Part shown: positions 1 through 12,500 of the stretch, in pieces | Layout of the letters: the number at the start of each line of letters is the position of its first letter | Numbering within the stretch: the stretch's first letter is position 1 | Source: Balanoglossus misakiensis | Lineage: Eukaryota; Animalia; Hemichordata | Length of the DNA: 64,000 nt | Assembly: GCA_040954595.2 (NCBI GenBank) | Contig: CM082592.2 | Span: 4,480,735 to 4,544,734 of the forward strand | Reading direction: 5' to 3' | The notes under the pieces: generated by a model | Databases searched by the model: none | Seen by the model: only the letters and a program-made list of their open reading frames with translations | What the model was told of the DNA's origin: nothing | Translations under genes and position numbers: made by a program

Positions 1-3000
1 TGCTAATTGTGCAAGTAAACTCCCGGTCCTAGGAGACTTTTGTGATATCGGTAATCCCGAGTTGTGTCTCTTTTAAAGACATGCAAACCCACTGTATAGG
101 CAGAGAGCAAACGAGCGTAGTTCCACCTTGAAGAGCTGTTTAACCTGTGAAAAGCAGGCAGGCAAACATGCCACGATGATTCCAGGAATCGGTGCCTAGT
201 TTAGTTTGCGTATTAAATTGCAAGCTGGATTCCAAGTAGGCATTTAGCGAGCGGTTTCTTATATCCGTCTTCAATCACGTCTCAAAAGTCACCGTTATAT
301 GCCCGTTTTGCATGCAGCTCATCACTGATCATGAATTACTATTTTTATTCTGTCGTCACAATGGAATGGAATTACAATGCAACCCAAACAAATGTCTCAG
401 TGCATTGGAAAAACCTTCACATGCAATAGAACAGCAGACCTGGAGATTTTGGCTAGATATCCCAAACAATGGGTCCATTTTTCGGAGAATACGTGGGTTG
501 ATGTTTTGAACCTGGGTCTCACACCCCCGTGTCGATATAGTAGGAGTGATCCCCCCGGGGGTTATCCGACAGCACTGCACTGAGCATGATTATCAAACAA
601 CCAGCGTGGATATTTCAACAAAGAGCTTTTGAAAAGTATTTTTTTCATTTTGCTTGTGAACAAGCCAATTATCTTTCCACGCTGACGTGCAGTTGACTGC
701 AATTAAGACACAACAAAAGTTCTGTAAACCACGCATGTTCTGTAAAGTGAAAAATGCACTGTAAAACACTGCTACTATTCATTAACAACTCACCCCACCT
801 TTTGCGGGGGGTTATTCATGAAACTACCACTTTTCAAGTTTGAAGCAAGCTTACTGATATAGAATTGGCGGTTTGAATGTTCTGGGCAAAATGCTAGCTT
901 CGGGGGAAAAACTTGGGTCTTACAAAGACCAGTGCACGTATAAGACGACGAACAGCTGCAGATTTTAATCAATGTGATTTTTTGATATCGGGAGAATTGA
1001 AAAGGCGGACGAGAAAATGTCACAACCTTTTCGCGCGGTGTGGGTGAAGAAAAGGCCGTTGCAGTGAACGTGTGTCTCATACATCAATATTCGTGCTTTT
1101 TTACGACATTCAACACCTGGGATGAGCCGGGATTTAAGAGAGCTCTCGACATAACCGCTCTCTAAGGCGAACCCACTCTTGAAATATAATCTCCCGGGAC
1201 TAGAATACAGATAGCGTATAATCCGAGCTGAGACTCCCTGGATAGGGCGACGTCTTTATTTTGCTTCTCATCTCATAAGTCGTGTCAATCACTCAGGAAA
1301 TTGTTAACAAAGATAAAGAAGAAGAAACTCCTTGGGACAGATGCATTATACAATCACTCTTCGTGCTGTAGTCTTATAGTACACATGACGACATGCTCTA
1401 CATTTAGAGTCATTGGAGTATATTTGGCGTTCTGATACACATATATATTAGGTAATTACTAGCTTTGTTACGTTGTTCCTATATAATACATTTACCGTGT
1501 TGTAGACATTAAGCATCTCGCAGACTAAGAGTAACAAAAACTGAAACAATAAGATGTCTTGAATACCATTTATTACATGAAGCTGTCTGTTAGTGCCGCC
1601 AGTGAAGACACCGCATAGTTTTAATAAATTGGTTTCCAGACATCTTGTTTAATTTTTTACTTTAATCTTTAAGATGTTGCCGCCATTCCTTGAGGTAGAA
1701 TGCGCCTCGAAGATCAAAGTCATAAAGTCTTTTCCTCAAGGCAGTTTTAGATTATGCTCTCTTAAAATTGAGAGTAAGAAAATGTTTTTCGTTTGAAGTC
1801 AAGGCGGGCAAATACGAGAAAAGAAAACGAACACGATGTAAATGGAATTGAATGACTGGGAAAATAGTAGTGCACGTTTAAAACTGAAATATATAACACA
1901 CTTGGAAAGGTTATAGATCTGTCAAGTTGAAATTTATGCACTCTCTTTGGATTCAGGATATTAAGATTCCAAATCGTCTCACTCATTAAAAACCACATTC
2001 AATTACAAGGATCACCGCGCTAGTTGTGCGTAGCTAATACATGTAATATGGAAAGCAAATTTAATGGATACGTGTAATTAGAAAGTACCTTTAGAAACCA
2101 TGTTGATCGGAGTTAATCTCAGAAGAAGGGTAAATTCATGAGAGTATTAATGTTAATGCTTTTGACTTGGCAATTTCATGAAAACGACAATAGTATAGAA
2201 TCTGTAGGTTCTTGTAGTATAGTATGCGTCAATGCTAACAAAGAAGAAAACGACAGTGGGTTCTGCTGAAAATAACCAAAAACAAGACTGGTTCTGGCCT
2301 TGGATCAAAACGGTTTACAGAAATAACAGAAAATTCCCACATTGACAGGAACATCAACGCGGTTGGGGGCTCGTTACCCCCACTAAGTGTAGTCACCCCA
2401 CGTGAGAAAAGATATCACGTCGTCTATTTCTACCATGTCGAGAGACCTTAGTCGTTTAGAGTTAGAACGGAGAATAATAAGAATAATGGAGAGGGAACGG
2501 ATAAACGCGAACATCGCATCTCGGAAAATGCATAACGATCCCCCGCGAGAAAGGAGATTAACGTGCACGCCAGCGAAAACGTGCACGTCTAATGTAACCC
2601 TGTTGTGGGCGTGGAGGCGAACGTGACCTTGCAAACACGTCGCCTGCAAATGTTCTGGTTGCAGAGAAAGAAAATTGCAAATAATGCTAATTTATAGCCA
2701 ATGCCATTTCAAGTAAGAAAGTGCCGCTGTCATCATGACTTCGAAAATAAAAGTTGGTTAGCATTGATGAAAGACCCGGCATGATATGTGTTCAGTCGCT
2801 GCTGTTCACTTTACTTTAGGCATATCACATTCAAATTGTGTACATGCTCAGATAATTAGATATTCAGTATAGGTTTCAGTAAACGGAGTGCAGCGTCATT
2901 TACAAGAGTAACACATTTGGACAATAGTTCTCTATAAATACCAATATTGACTTCATTCTCTGACGTCACACAAGGAGATTTAGTCAGCAATGTGCGTCAT

Positions 3001-4466
3001 GTCTTCGTTCAATCTCTGCACAGCCACGCAGACTGCAATGTTTAGGGCGTCATCTTCAGTCCACGAGAAAAGCTGCTTTATTTATACACTTATAACCAAA
3101 GCAATGGATGCTTTTCTGTCGCAACGGTAATACAAGTGCAATGTTATCGTTTACAAGGACAGAATGCTTACTGAGAAATCTGCCTTTGAATCCAACATGA
3201 TAGTAAATTGGCAAATTATGATATGAAACACACGTGAGGTACATTTATCTCGCAAAGAATATCTTTAATGGCCTGTTTCTTGCAGGTTTTTAGTGAAATA
3301 TGGCTTGCAGAGACATATCGGCGTTTTTATTAAAAACTCCATTACCCGTAACTTTTGACGATTTTAACGAATGTGTTTTTAATATTTTATACTGTGAGCA
3401 TCAACTACTCCATACTTGCCTAGTGAAAGGCTTATCAACGCAGCCTTGGGTGTCTCTTGAGAATTGGTGCTACATGTATTGAACATTGCATAAAAGAATG
3501 TCGTATTACGCGTATTTTCTGCCCAGGGATTATTTACACAAGACTCACGTGAGAGGAACTTAAAAATTCAAACATCGATTTTTTTTCTCACTTACTGCGA
3601 AAATGTTTTCGATACATTTGCACCACCAATAGCTATAAGCAAAACTATCACATGTTAACATGAAAGAAAGATTTTCGCTCGCCGTAAAAAAAATCTTTCC
3701 TGTATATTCGAGTTGAAACGATACACTGACCCCCAGTGTGATAAATATGATCAACGCTCCGTCTGTCTCCATGGCAACATCATCCGCGCCTGGATGTAAT
3801 TTGTACTGTTGAATGGGAAGGTAACTGTTCTCTCCTTTTAAAGCCATGCCGACGCAGTCTTAAGTACTAATTTCAGAAACTGCGCAAAATGAACAACCGC
3901 TGAATGCTCGGCAACGAAAAGGCCGAGGCAACTTCTTTTGTGTGGCAAACATGGCTTCCAGCCGTTGCGTCCAATAAAATACACCTAACCTAATCTGAGG
4001 TTCGATAAATTTGATCCGCAAAGTAACTTAATGAATATGGTAAATTAATCCGAGAAATGGCTGCTGCTGGTAGATTGCTGATTTGTAAGCCATTCACCGC
4101 GCAGTAAAAAATTGTGAAAAGGTTTCATTTACACACTAACGATTCCTTGTCATGCACGTCTTTGGTAATTGTCTTTTTGCAACACTTTTTAAGGAGACAA
4201 GCCATCCACGCGAACACACAACAATTACAATATGAGATTTCTTACATTACTTTTTAATAGGACGAAATAAGGGTTCGTAAAATGAACACAAACTGTGCGA
4301 GGTATTCATTTTATGTCGAGGTCAATTCAAATCAGTTAAGGGCAGTTCAATTCAATCCAATTCAGTTTAAAACTGTTTTATCTTCTTTAAAGCTATTCGT
4401 GAAATTTAACACATACTCCCTCTTTCTGTCTCTTGTCTGTCTGTCTGTCTGTCCGTCTGTCTGTAG

Positions 4467-7400
4467 GTTGCTTACGGTACACCTGTCTCATCTGCTCGCT
4501 GTTTTCCGAAGCATCGATCGCCATCATGCGCCAGCTGGCCGTCACGTGTCCCTACGGATTTCGCAACAACTTTCGCCGCTCCCGTGTGTTGAAGATATTG
4601 GTGTGCCTTTGGTCCTTCGCCTTGATTTGCGGCCTACTCCCCATCTTCGTTAAAGGTAAGTCTCTTTTCACCGGTAACCCTTTAACCTCCATGGTTTGGT
4701 CCAGCTCCTTTGTTTTCAATAGCAATGCTGGACCTCTATACGGGGAAACGGGGGTGGAAGGATTAAAGCTGGTCATCTCTGGTACCTTTTAATACCAGGG
4801 GCAATCTGTAATGTTCCAGCGGCCTAACTAAATCCCCCATATCTTGAATGCTGTATGTGTATACACTCTTTAGGCAGCTTGCAGTTATTATTCTGGGGCG
4901 TGGGTGGACAATTCCCTGGGGCCATCATTTTAACCACAGAAACGCGGGGTTTAATTATTTTCAGATTACCCCCCCCCCCTCGCCCAACAAAATCAAATCA
5001 TGACAAGTAAGTGTTGCAATGTAGTGTAGCTCCTAAGAATATCATGCCCTACCATGATAGATCAGTTTTATAGGCCATTCGTGCAATACATTGGTTTTGA
5101 CCTACTTTCTCTGCGTTCGCCCTTATTCCCCACCATGATTATTCTAGTGAACGATGTGATGTTGGCGATCATTAAGAAACTTCCTCGTGTGTATCTTTTG
5201 TTTCTAAAAAAATGCTTGGTACCATGACCCAGTCTTTGGAGCTTTAGATTTCCATCATTAAGCCATGTTGCCTTTCGAAATGGCTTAATTAAGTCCTTGG
5301 CGATGGATTTGGTAGATCGTTTTCAACCGCGTATGCATTTTTTATGTATTCGACGGCGAAGGCCACATATGTGATTCGCAAAGCGTAAATTATTTATTTG
5401 TTAAAAATCTCAGTTGCGCGTTCGTCGCTATGTTGGAAAACTTGCCTGTGGTTGCACTTTGGTGAGCATTTTTTTACACACTCAGGCTATTTTTGATTTC
5501 AAACCATCGTGTCGAGAAATAAAATGCACATAGATGCAACTAATGGGGTTTTAAAGGCCAAGGCCGAGAAAAACGGAATTATTAAATTTCTCGGTGAGAT
5601 CCCAGTTTATTGTGATGTCGTGGCTTGGGGTTAGCACAGTTTTCACCGCTCGGTTAAAAGCTACCTTAATCTTGTCACGACACAGCCAATACTTCCGTTC
5701 ACACATTATCATATATCCTACTAAGAATGTAAAGAAAACTTTTAAAGAATCAATTGCAGCTTTTATGCGTGACATGCTGAACTTGCCAAGGGCTTGTTTT
5801 CTACACAGCGCATGCGCACAGCGCCAGGCAAATATCAGATGGCAAACTGTCAGACCTCCAAATAGTTCGTTCGATCACGAAAAGGGAATCGCAGTCTTCA
5901 TGATGGGGGAGAAGGCAATTGGGCGTGAAATTTATCCAAAGGATCATTGTGACAATCATATCAACAAGCCAATTTAAAATTTAACAATGGCAATTCAGAT
6001 AAAAGTATGCTTTTCAGACTGGGAAAGTTCTCGAAAACCTTCAATCATTCGATATATAATTGACGTATGAGAGCAGTCTTTTAGAAGACAGTGCAGAAAA
6101 CCCTTCTTGACGAAAATGAATGAATGAAAGAATGAATGAATGAATATTAGTTTCATGTATTTGGCCAATGCCTTTTGTTCCATTCAATCCTTAGACACGT
6201 GTATCAGAAAGAGACTCATTTTAGTAATAAGAACAATGTCCAATGAATTATTTTCGAAAAATTCCTTTATTGAGTGTTTAAGTCTCTCTCCATCTCTCTC
6301 TCTCTCTCCATACAGAGACCAGATACAGTACGTACATATTCCAAGCAGTGTGCGATATTAACACCCCAATTACGAATGGAGGCGTTGCCATGGTAACTGT
6401 ATTAGTGGTGATCGGCGTACTTCTGCCGGTGGTGACCATGGCGACCTGTTACCTATGGCTACTGTTCTCGCTGACCCAGCACAGCACCGTGATCATTGTG
6501 GGCAGCAACAACAACCACATCCCGGACACAACGGACAAGCGTCAGATGCGACCCAGGAAGGTCGTCCTCCACATGAAGGCGCGGAGCGTCATCTTCGCCA
6601 TCCTGGTGAAGGTCGTCTGCCTGCTGCTTCCGTTCTGCGCGCTGACGCTGATGACCCTCCTGGCCGGCGGCGGCGGGGGGCGCTCGTCGGTCGCCGTCTA
6701 CGGCTCGCTCTCCGTCTGGCTGCTGTACGTCAACATCGCCGTCAACCCCGTCATCTACGGGTTTCTGAACAAACAGCTGCGGCAAGACTTCTACGAGTAC
6801 CTGGACGAGCAGCACCCGGGGGCCCTTGGTGCGTTCAAGTCCGCGTGCCAGTGTTGCTGCAGGTTCCCGCCGGAGAAGGAGGCCGAATGCCAGCAACCGG
6901 GCTCGGCGATCGGCATGCCGTACGGGGCAGCCAACACCGCCAACAAGCAGCAGCAAATCAGGACAATTTCGGAGAAGATTGTAGGAAAGGCGGTGCTCTG
7001 CGAATCGATTTGGAAAGACCTACCCGCCCCGGCTTTAGCTCGGCAGCGGTCGTCCACAATGAGCGAGATGAAATCAAGCCGGGATACGGGCAATCGGTCC
7101 AGGCGGTACTTTACGAGACAGTCGACGCTCTCCGCGTCGTCGTCTTCCAGATCGTCGACGTTTTCGATGCGCAAACTGAGCCGCCAGAAGCGACTGAGAA
7201 GCAGTGAAAGCTACTCGCCGACAGAAAATCGCCACTCCAACATGCCGGACTTGATAAACTACAGCGACAGTTTCAGTCACTCGACAAGCTCGCGAGAGCG
7301 GCGGGAATCGTTGAAAAGTCATTTTTCGGCAGCGTCACTAGGGAACCGAGCCAGGCGCCTGAGCCAGAGCACACGCTCTCGCCTGAAGAACTCCTTCTCC

Positions 7401-7976
7401 AGATCCAAATCGGACGACAGGCACGAACTGCCGCTGCTCGATTTAATGTCCCTCGGGGAATCAGACGACCACCAACAGCATTCGTCGCCGGAATCGGACT
7501 GCTATCGAGTCTCGCTCCAGGAGCTGCCGGAAGAATCGTACAGTTTCGAGAACAGCGTCTACGGCGAACTCGCCGACGCGCCGGCGGCCGAGGTCAACTA
7601 CCGCTCCGAGGCGGACTCGGTCTCCCTCCCGCCCTCTCTTCAGCGCTCCCGCTCGCTGTGGTCGGACAGGCACGACGGCAAAACATCCGACCGCGGGTCC
7701 GGCCGCGGGAAGAGAGCTCTCTCCCTGGGAATGCTTCAGCAACTGTACGACAGTTTCATCGACATCAAGGGCGTGTCCTTCGACAGCACCAGCGAGATCT
7801 CGGAGGCCGACAGCGCGAAACCGCCGCCCGTCGAGCTACAGCGAACCATGTCGTGCGGCTCGGTTGTCGTCTCCAATGTATTCAACGGGACGCCCCGGGC
7901 CCTTCGCGAGTCGCCAAGCTCTCAACTCCCCGGCTGCGTTGCGAGAGAGTCCATCTGTTCCACCATACCAGAGTGA
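4467..7976 (+). CDS. Class A (rhodopsin-like) GPCR, 5'-partial (TM3-TM7 plus long Ser/Arg-rich C-tail); exons 4467-4655 and 6316-7976
   Basis: Splice sites ctgtag|G at 4467, AAAG|gtaag at 4655 and tacag|AG at 6316 join in frame. TM3 CLICSLFSEASIAIMRQLAV, TM4 with Trp (LVCLWSFALICGLLP), ECL2 Cys, TM5 LLPVVTMATCY, TM7 NIAVNPVIYGFLNKQLRQDF (NPxxY plus helix 8), then a CQCCC palmitoylation-type cluster. TM1-2 exons were not found in the window. Confidence 0.85.
4675..4766 (-). mobile_element. piggyBac-type MITE, diverged copy in opposite orientation
   Basis: TAACCCTTT...GGAAGGATTAA; reverse complement of the family seen at 53302 and 59661. Confidence 0.6.
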
Positions 7977-8711
7977 AAGAATACGACAGGCTTAACTCAT
8001 GAAACCAGCAAAAAAATTGGGATTTTTAAATTTATATCAAAAAGAATTGTCTGTACCTTTGGTATCCAAACTTTAGCAATTTTCGCCAAAATATTCCCGT
8101 TTGTACCATTTTTATACCCATAGTCCAGTATTGTTTCTCATTTAGACAAGTCCATGTCATCATATATATATATTTTGTACGTTGTCGTATGAAACATTTG
8201 TGATTTACATTCGAGCACAATTTCTGTCTGTCCGGCCACCGGGATAAACATTGGCGGTACAGCGAGTACCAAGGTGTCGTAAGCGACAACGGAAATGCGA
8301 AAGTAGTATTTACCGACTAATCAGGACTTGATTTAATCAGATTGACTCCGGAGTTGCGTTGATAACTTTAACTTAATATAACAGTATTAATACAATATAA
8401 GTTAATCTTCAAGTTGTGATAATTCCTCCATGCATTCATGGAACTGATACTTTCAGACAAGTGAGAGTTTTCAAATCTTTTCATCGTTTGGTTGAGTAAT
8501 TTCTCCGACCTATCAGGGCGCTCTTTATACAAGACACTATGCCTATGTCAGAATGCGTACCAAAAGGGTTGAGTTAGCTGCTTTCTGATTGGTAGAGTAG
8601 TTTACATTTTTGTCTGTTTTGCACATCTCTGTAGTTCTGTAAGTTGATCTCATTTTATTAAATATTCACTCAACATCAAAATAGACTTTTGACTGTCCTC
8701 TCCCCTAAGTA

Positions 8712-9568
8712 ATGGATTATAGCTCATGAACGCTCAAAAAATGACAAAATCTTGAATTTGAAAATATTGACCATTTTCGCATTTTCATGTCATATTCATG
8801 GGTTATAGCTCATGAACGCTCAAAAAAAGACAAAATCTTGAATTTGAAAATATTGATCATTTTCGCATTTTCATGTCATAATCATGGGTTCATGAACGCT
8901 CAAAAAATGATAAAATCTTGAATTTGAAAATATTGATCATTTTCGTATTTTCATGTCATATTCATGGGTTATAGCTCATGAACGCTCAAAAATGACAAAA
9001 TCTTGAATTTGAAAATATTGATCATTTTCACAATTTCATGTCATTTTCATGGGTTATAGCTCATGAACGCTCAAAAAATGACAAAATCTTGAATTTGAAA
9101 ATATTGATCATTTTCGCATTTTCATGTCATATTCATGGGTTATAGCTCATGAACGCTCAAATAATGACAAAATCTTGAATTTGAAAATATTGATCATTTT
9201 CGCATTTTCATAATTATCAAATTCATGGGTTATAGCTCATGAACGCTCAAAAAATGACAAAATCTTGAATTTGAAAATATTGATCATTTTCGCAATTTCA
9301 TGTCATATTCATGGGTAATAGCTCATGAACGCTTAAAAAAATGACAAAATCTTGAATTTGAAAATATTGATCATTTTCGCATTTTCATGTCATATTCATG
9401 GGTTATAGCTTATGAACGCTCAAAAAAAGACAAAATCTTGAACTTGAAAATATTGATCATTTTTGCATTTTCATGTCATATTCATTGGTTATAGCTCATG
9501 AACGCTCAAAAAAAGACAAAATCTTGAACTTGAAAATATTGATCATTTTCGCATTTTCATGTCATATT
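8712..9568. repeat. Satellite array A (left), ~10 copies of an 86-bp unit
   Basis: Tandem unit CATGGGTTATAGCTCATGAACGCTCAAAAAATGACAAAATCTTGAATTTGAAAATATTGATCATTTTCGCATTTTCATGTCATATT with scattered substitutions and indels. Confidence 0.97.
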
Positions 9569-12500
9569 CATGGGTTATAACTCATGAAAATCGTCAAAAA
9601 ATGACAATTTTTCGACTTTGCGGAATTTCAAAATTTGGCCGATTTTTGAAAAAATCATGGGTTATAGCTCATGAAAATCGTCAAAAAATGACAATTTTTC
9701 GATTTTGCGGAATTTCAAAATTTGACCGATTTTTGAAAAAATCATGGGTTATAGCTCATGAAAATCGTCAAAAAATGACAATTTTTCGACTTTGCGGAAT
9801 TTCAAAATTTGGCCGATTTTTGAAAAAAATCATGGGTTATAGCTCATGAAAATCGTCAAAAAATGGCAATTTTTCGACTTTGCGGAATTTCAAAATTTGG
9901 CCGATTTTTGAAAAAATCATGGGTTATAGCTCATGAAAATCGTCAAAAGATGACAATTTTTCGACTTTGCGGAATTTCAAAATTTTGCCGATTTTTGAAA
10001 AAATCATGGGTTATAGCTCATGAAAATCGTCAATAAATGACAATTTTGCGACTTTCCGAAATATCAAAATTTCTTCATTTTTTCGAAAAAAGCATGGGTT
10101 ATAGCTCATGAAAATCGTCAAAAAATGACAATTTTTCGACTTTGCGGAATTTCAAAATTTGGCCGATTTTTGAAAAAATCATGGGTTATAGCTCATGAAA
10201 ATCGTCAAAAAATGGCAATTTTTCGACTTTGCGGAATTTCAAAATTTGGCCGATTTTTGAAAAAATCATGGGTTATAGCTCATGAAAATCGTCAAAAAAT
10301 GACAATTTTTCGATTTTGCGGAATTTCAAAATTTGACCGATTTTTGAAAAAATCATGGGTTATAGCTCATGAAAATCGTCAAAAAATGACAATTTTTCGA
10401 CTTTGCGGAATTTCAAAATTTGGCCGATTTTTGAAAAAAATCATGGGTTATAGCTCATGAAAATCGTCAAAAAATGGCAATTTTTCGACTTTGCGGAATT
10501 TCAAAATTTGGCCGATTTTTGAAAAAATCATGGGTTATAGCTCATGAAAATCGTCAAAAGATGACAATTTTTCGACTTTGCGGAATTTCAAAATTTTGCC
10601 GATTTTTGAAAAAATCATGGGTTATAGCTCATGAAAATCGTCAATAAATGACAATTTTGCGACTTTCCGAAATATCAAAATTTCTTCATTTTTTCGAAAA
10701 AAGCATGGGTTATAGCTCATGAAAATCGTCAAAAAATGACAATTTTTCGACTTTGCGGAATTTCAAAATTTGGCCGATTTTTGAAAAAATCATGGGTTAT
10801 AGCTCATGAAAATCGTCAAAAAATGGCAATTTTTCGACTTTGCGGAATTTCAAAATTTGGCCGATTTTTGAAAAAATCATGGGTTATAGCTCATGAAAAT
10901 CGTCAAAAATTGACAATTTTTCGACTTTCCGAAATATCAAAATTTCTTCATTTTTTCGAAAAAAGCATGGGTTATAGCTCATGAAAATCGTCAAAAAATG
11001 ACAATTTTTCAACTTTGCGGAATTTCAAAATTTGGCCGATTTTTGAAAAAATCATGGGTTATAGCTCATGAAAATCGTCAAAAATGACAATTTTTCGACT
11101 TTGCGGAATTTCAAAATTTGGCTGATTTTTGAAAAAATCATGGGTTATGGCTCATGAAAATCGTCAAAAAATGACAATTTTTCGACTTTGCGGAATTTCA
11201 AAATTTCTTCATTTTTTCGAAAAAAGCATGGGTTATAGCTCATGAAAATCGTCAAAAAATGACAATTTTTCGACTTTGCGGAATTTCAAAATTTGGCCGA
11301 TTTTTGAAAAAAATCAAGGGTTATAGCTCATGAAAATCGTCAAAAAATGGCAATTTTTCGACTTTGCGGAATTTCAAAATTTGGCCGATTTTTGAAAAAA
11401 TCATGGGTTATAGCTCATGAAAATCGTCAAAAAATGACAATTTTTCGACTTTGCGGAATTTCAAAATTTGGCCGATTTTTGAAAAAATCATGGGTTATAG
11501 CTCATGAAAATCGTCAAAAAATGACAATTTTTCGACTTTGCAGAATTTCAAAATTTGGCCGATTTTTGAAAAAATCATGGGTTATAGTTCATGAAAATCG
11601 ACAAAAAATGACAATTTTTCGATTTTGCGGAATTTCAAAATTTGGCCGATTTTTGCAAAAATCATGGGTTATAGCTCATGAAAATCGTCAAAAAATGACA
11701 ATTTTTCGACTTTGCGGAATTTCAAAATTTGGCCGATTTTTGAAAAAATCATGGGTTATAGCTCATGAAAATCGTCAAAAAATGACAATTTTTCGACTTT
11801 CCGAAATATCAAAATTTCTTCATTTTTTCGAAAAAAGCATGGGTTATAGCTCATGAAAATCGTCAAAAAATGACAATTTTTCGACTTTGCGGAATTTCAA
11901 AATTTGGCTGATTTTTGAAAAAATCATGGGTTATAGCTCATGAAAATCGTCAAAAAATGACAATTTTTCGACTTTGCGGAATTTCAAAATTTGGCCGATT
12001 TTTGAAAAAAATCATGGGTTATAGCTCATGAAAATCGTCAAAAAATGGCAATTTTTCGACTTTGCGGAATTTCAAAATTTGGCCGATTTTTGAAAAAATC
12101 ATGGGTTATAGCTCATGAAAATCGTCAAAAAAGGACAATTTTTCGACTTTGCGGAATTTCAAAATTTGGCCGATTTTTGAAAAAATCATGGGTTATGGCT
12201 CATGAAAATCGTCAAAAAATGACAATTTTTCGACTTTGCGGAATTTCAAAATTTCTTCATTTTTTCGAAAAAAGCATGGGTTATAGCTCATGAAAATCGT
12301 CAAAAAATGACAATTTTTCGACTTTGCGGAATTTCAAAATTTGGCCGATTTTTGAAAAAAATCATGGGTTATAGCTCATGAAAATCGTCAAAAAATGGCA
12401 ATTTTTCGACTTTGCGGAATTTCAAAATTTGGCCGATTTTTGAAAAAATCATGGGTTATAGCTCATGAAAATCGTCAAAAAATGACAATTTTTCGACTTT

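Noticed and set aside
1-50. Possible end of the upstream GPCR exon (LGDFCDIG|gtaatc)
   Set aside because: The donor is weak, and the Cys would sit one residue off the expected 25-residue spacing to the TM3 Arg. Not supportable.
6700-6790. GPCR as an opsin
   Set aside because: The residue six positions before the NPxxY Asn (K296 equivalent) is Tyr, not Lys.
6455-8002. Long overlapping alternative-frame and antisense ORFs over the GPCR exon (also over CUX exons 53559-56880 and CCDC63 exons)
   Set aside because: These are shadows of GC3-rich coding sequence with no recognisable motifs.
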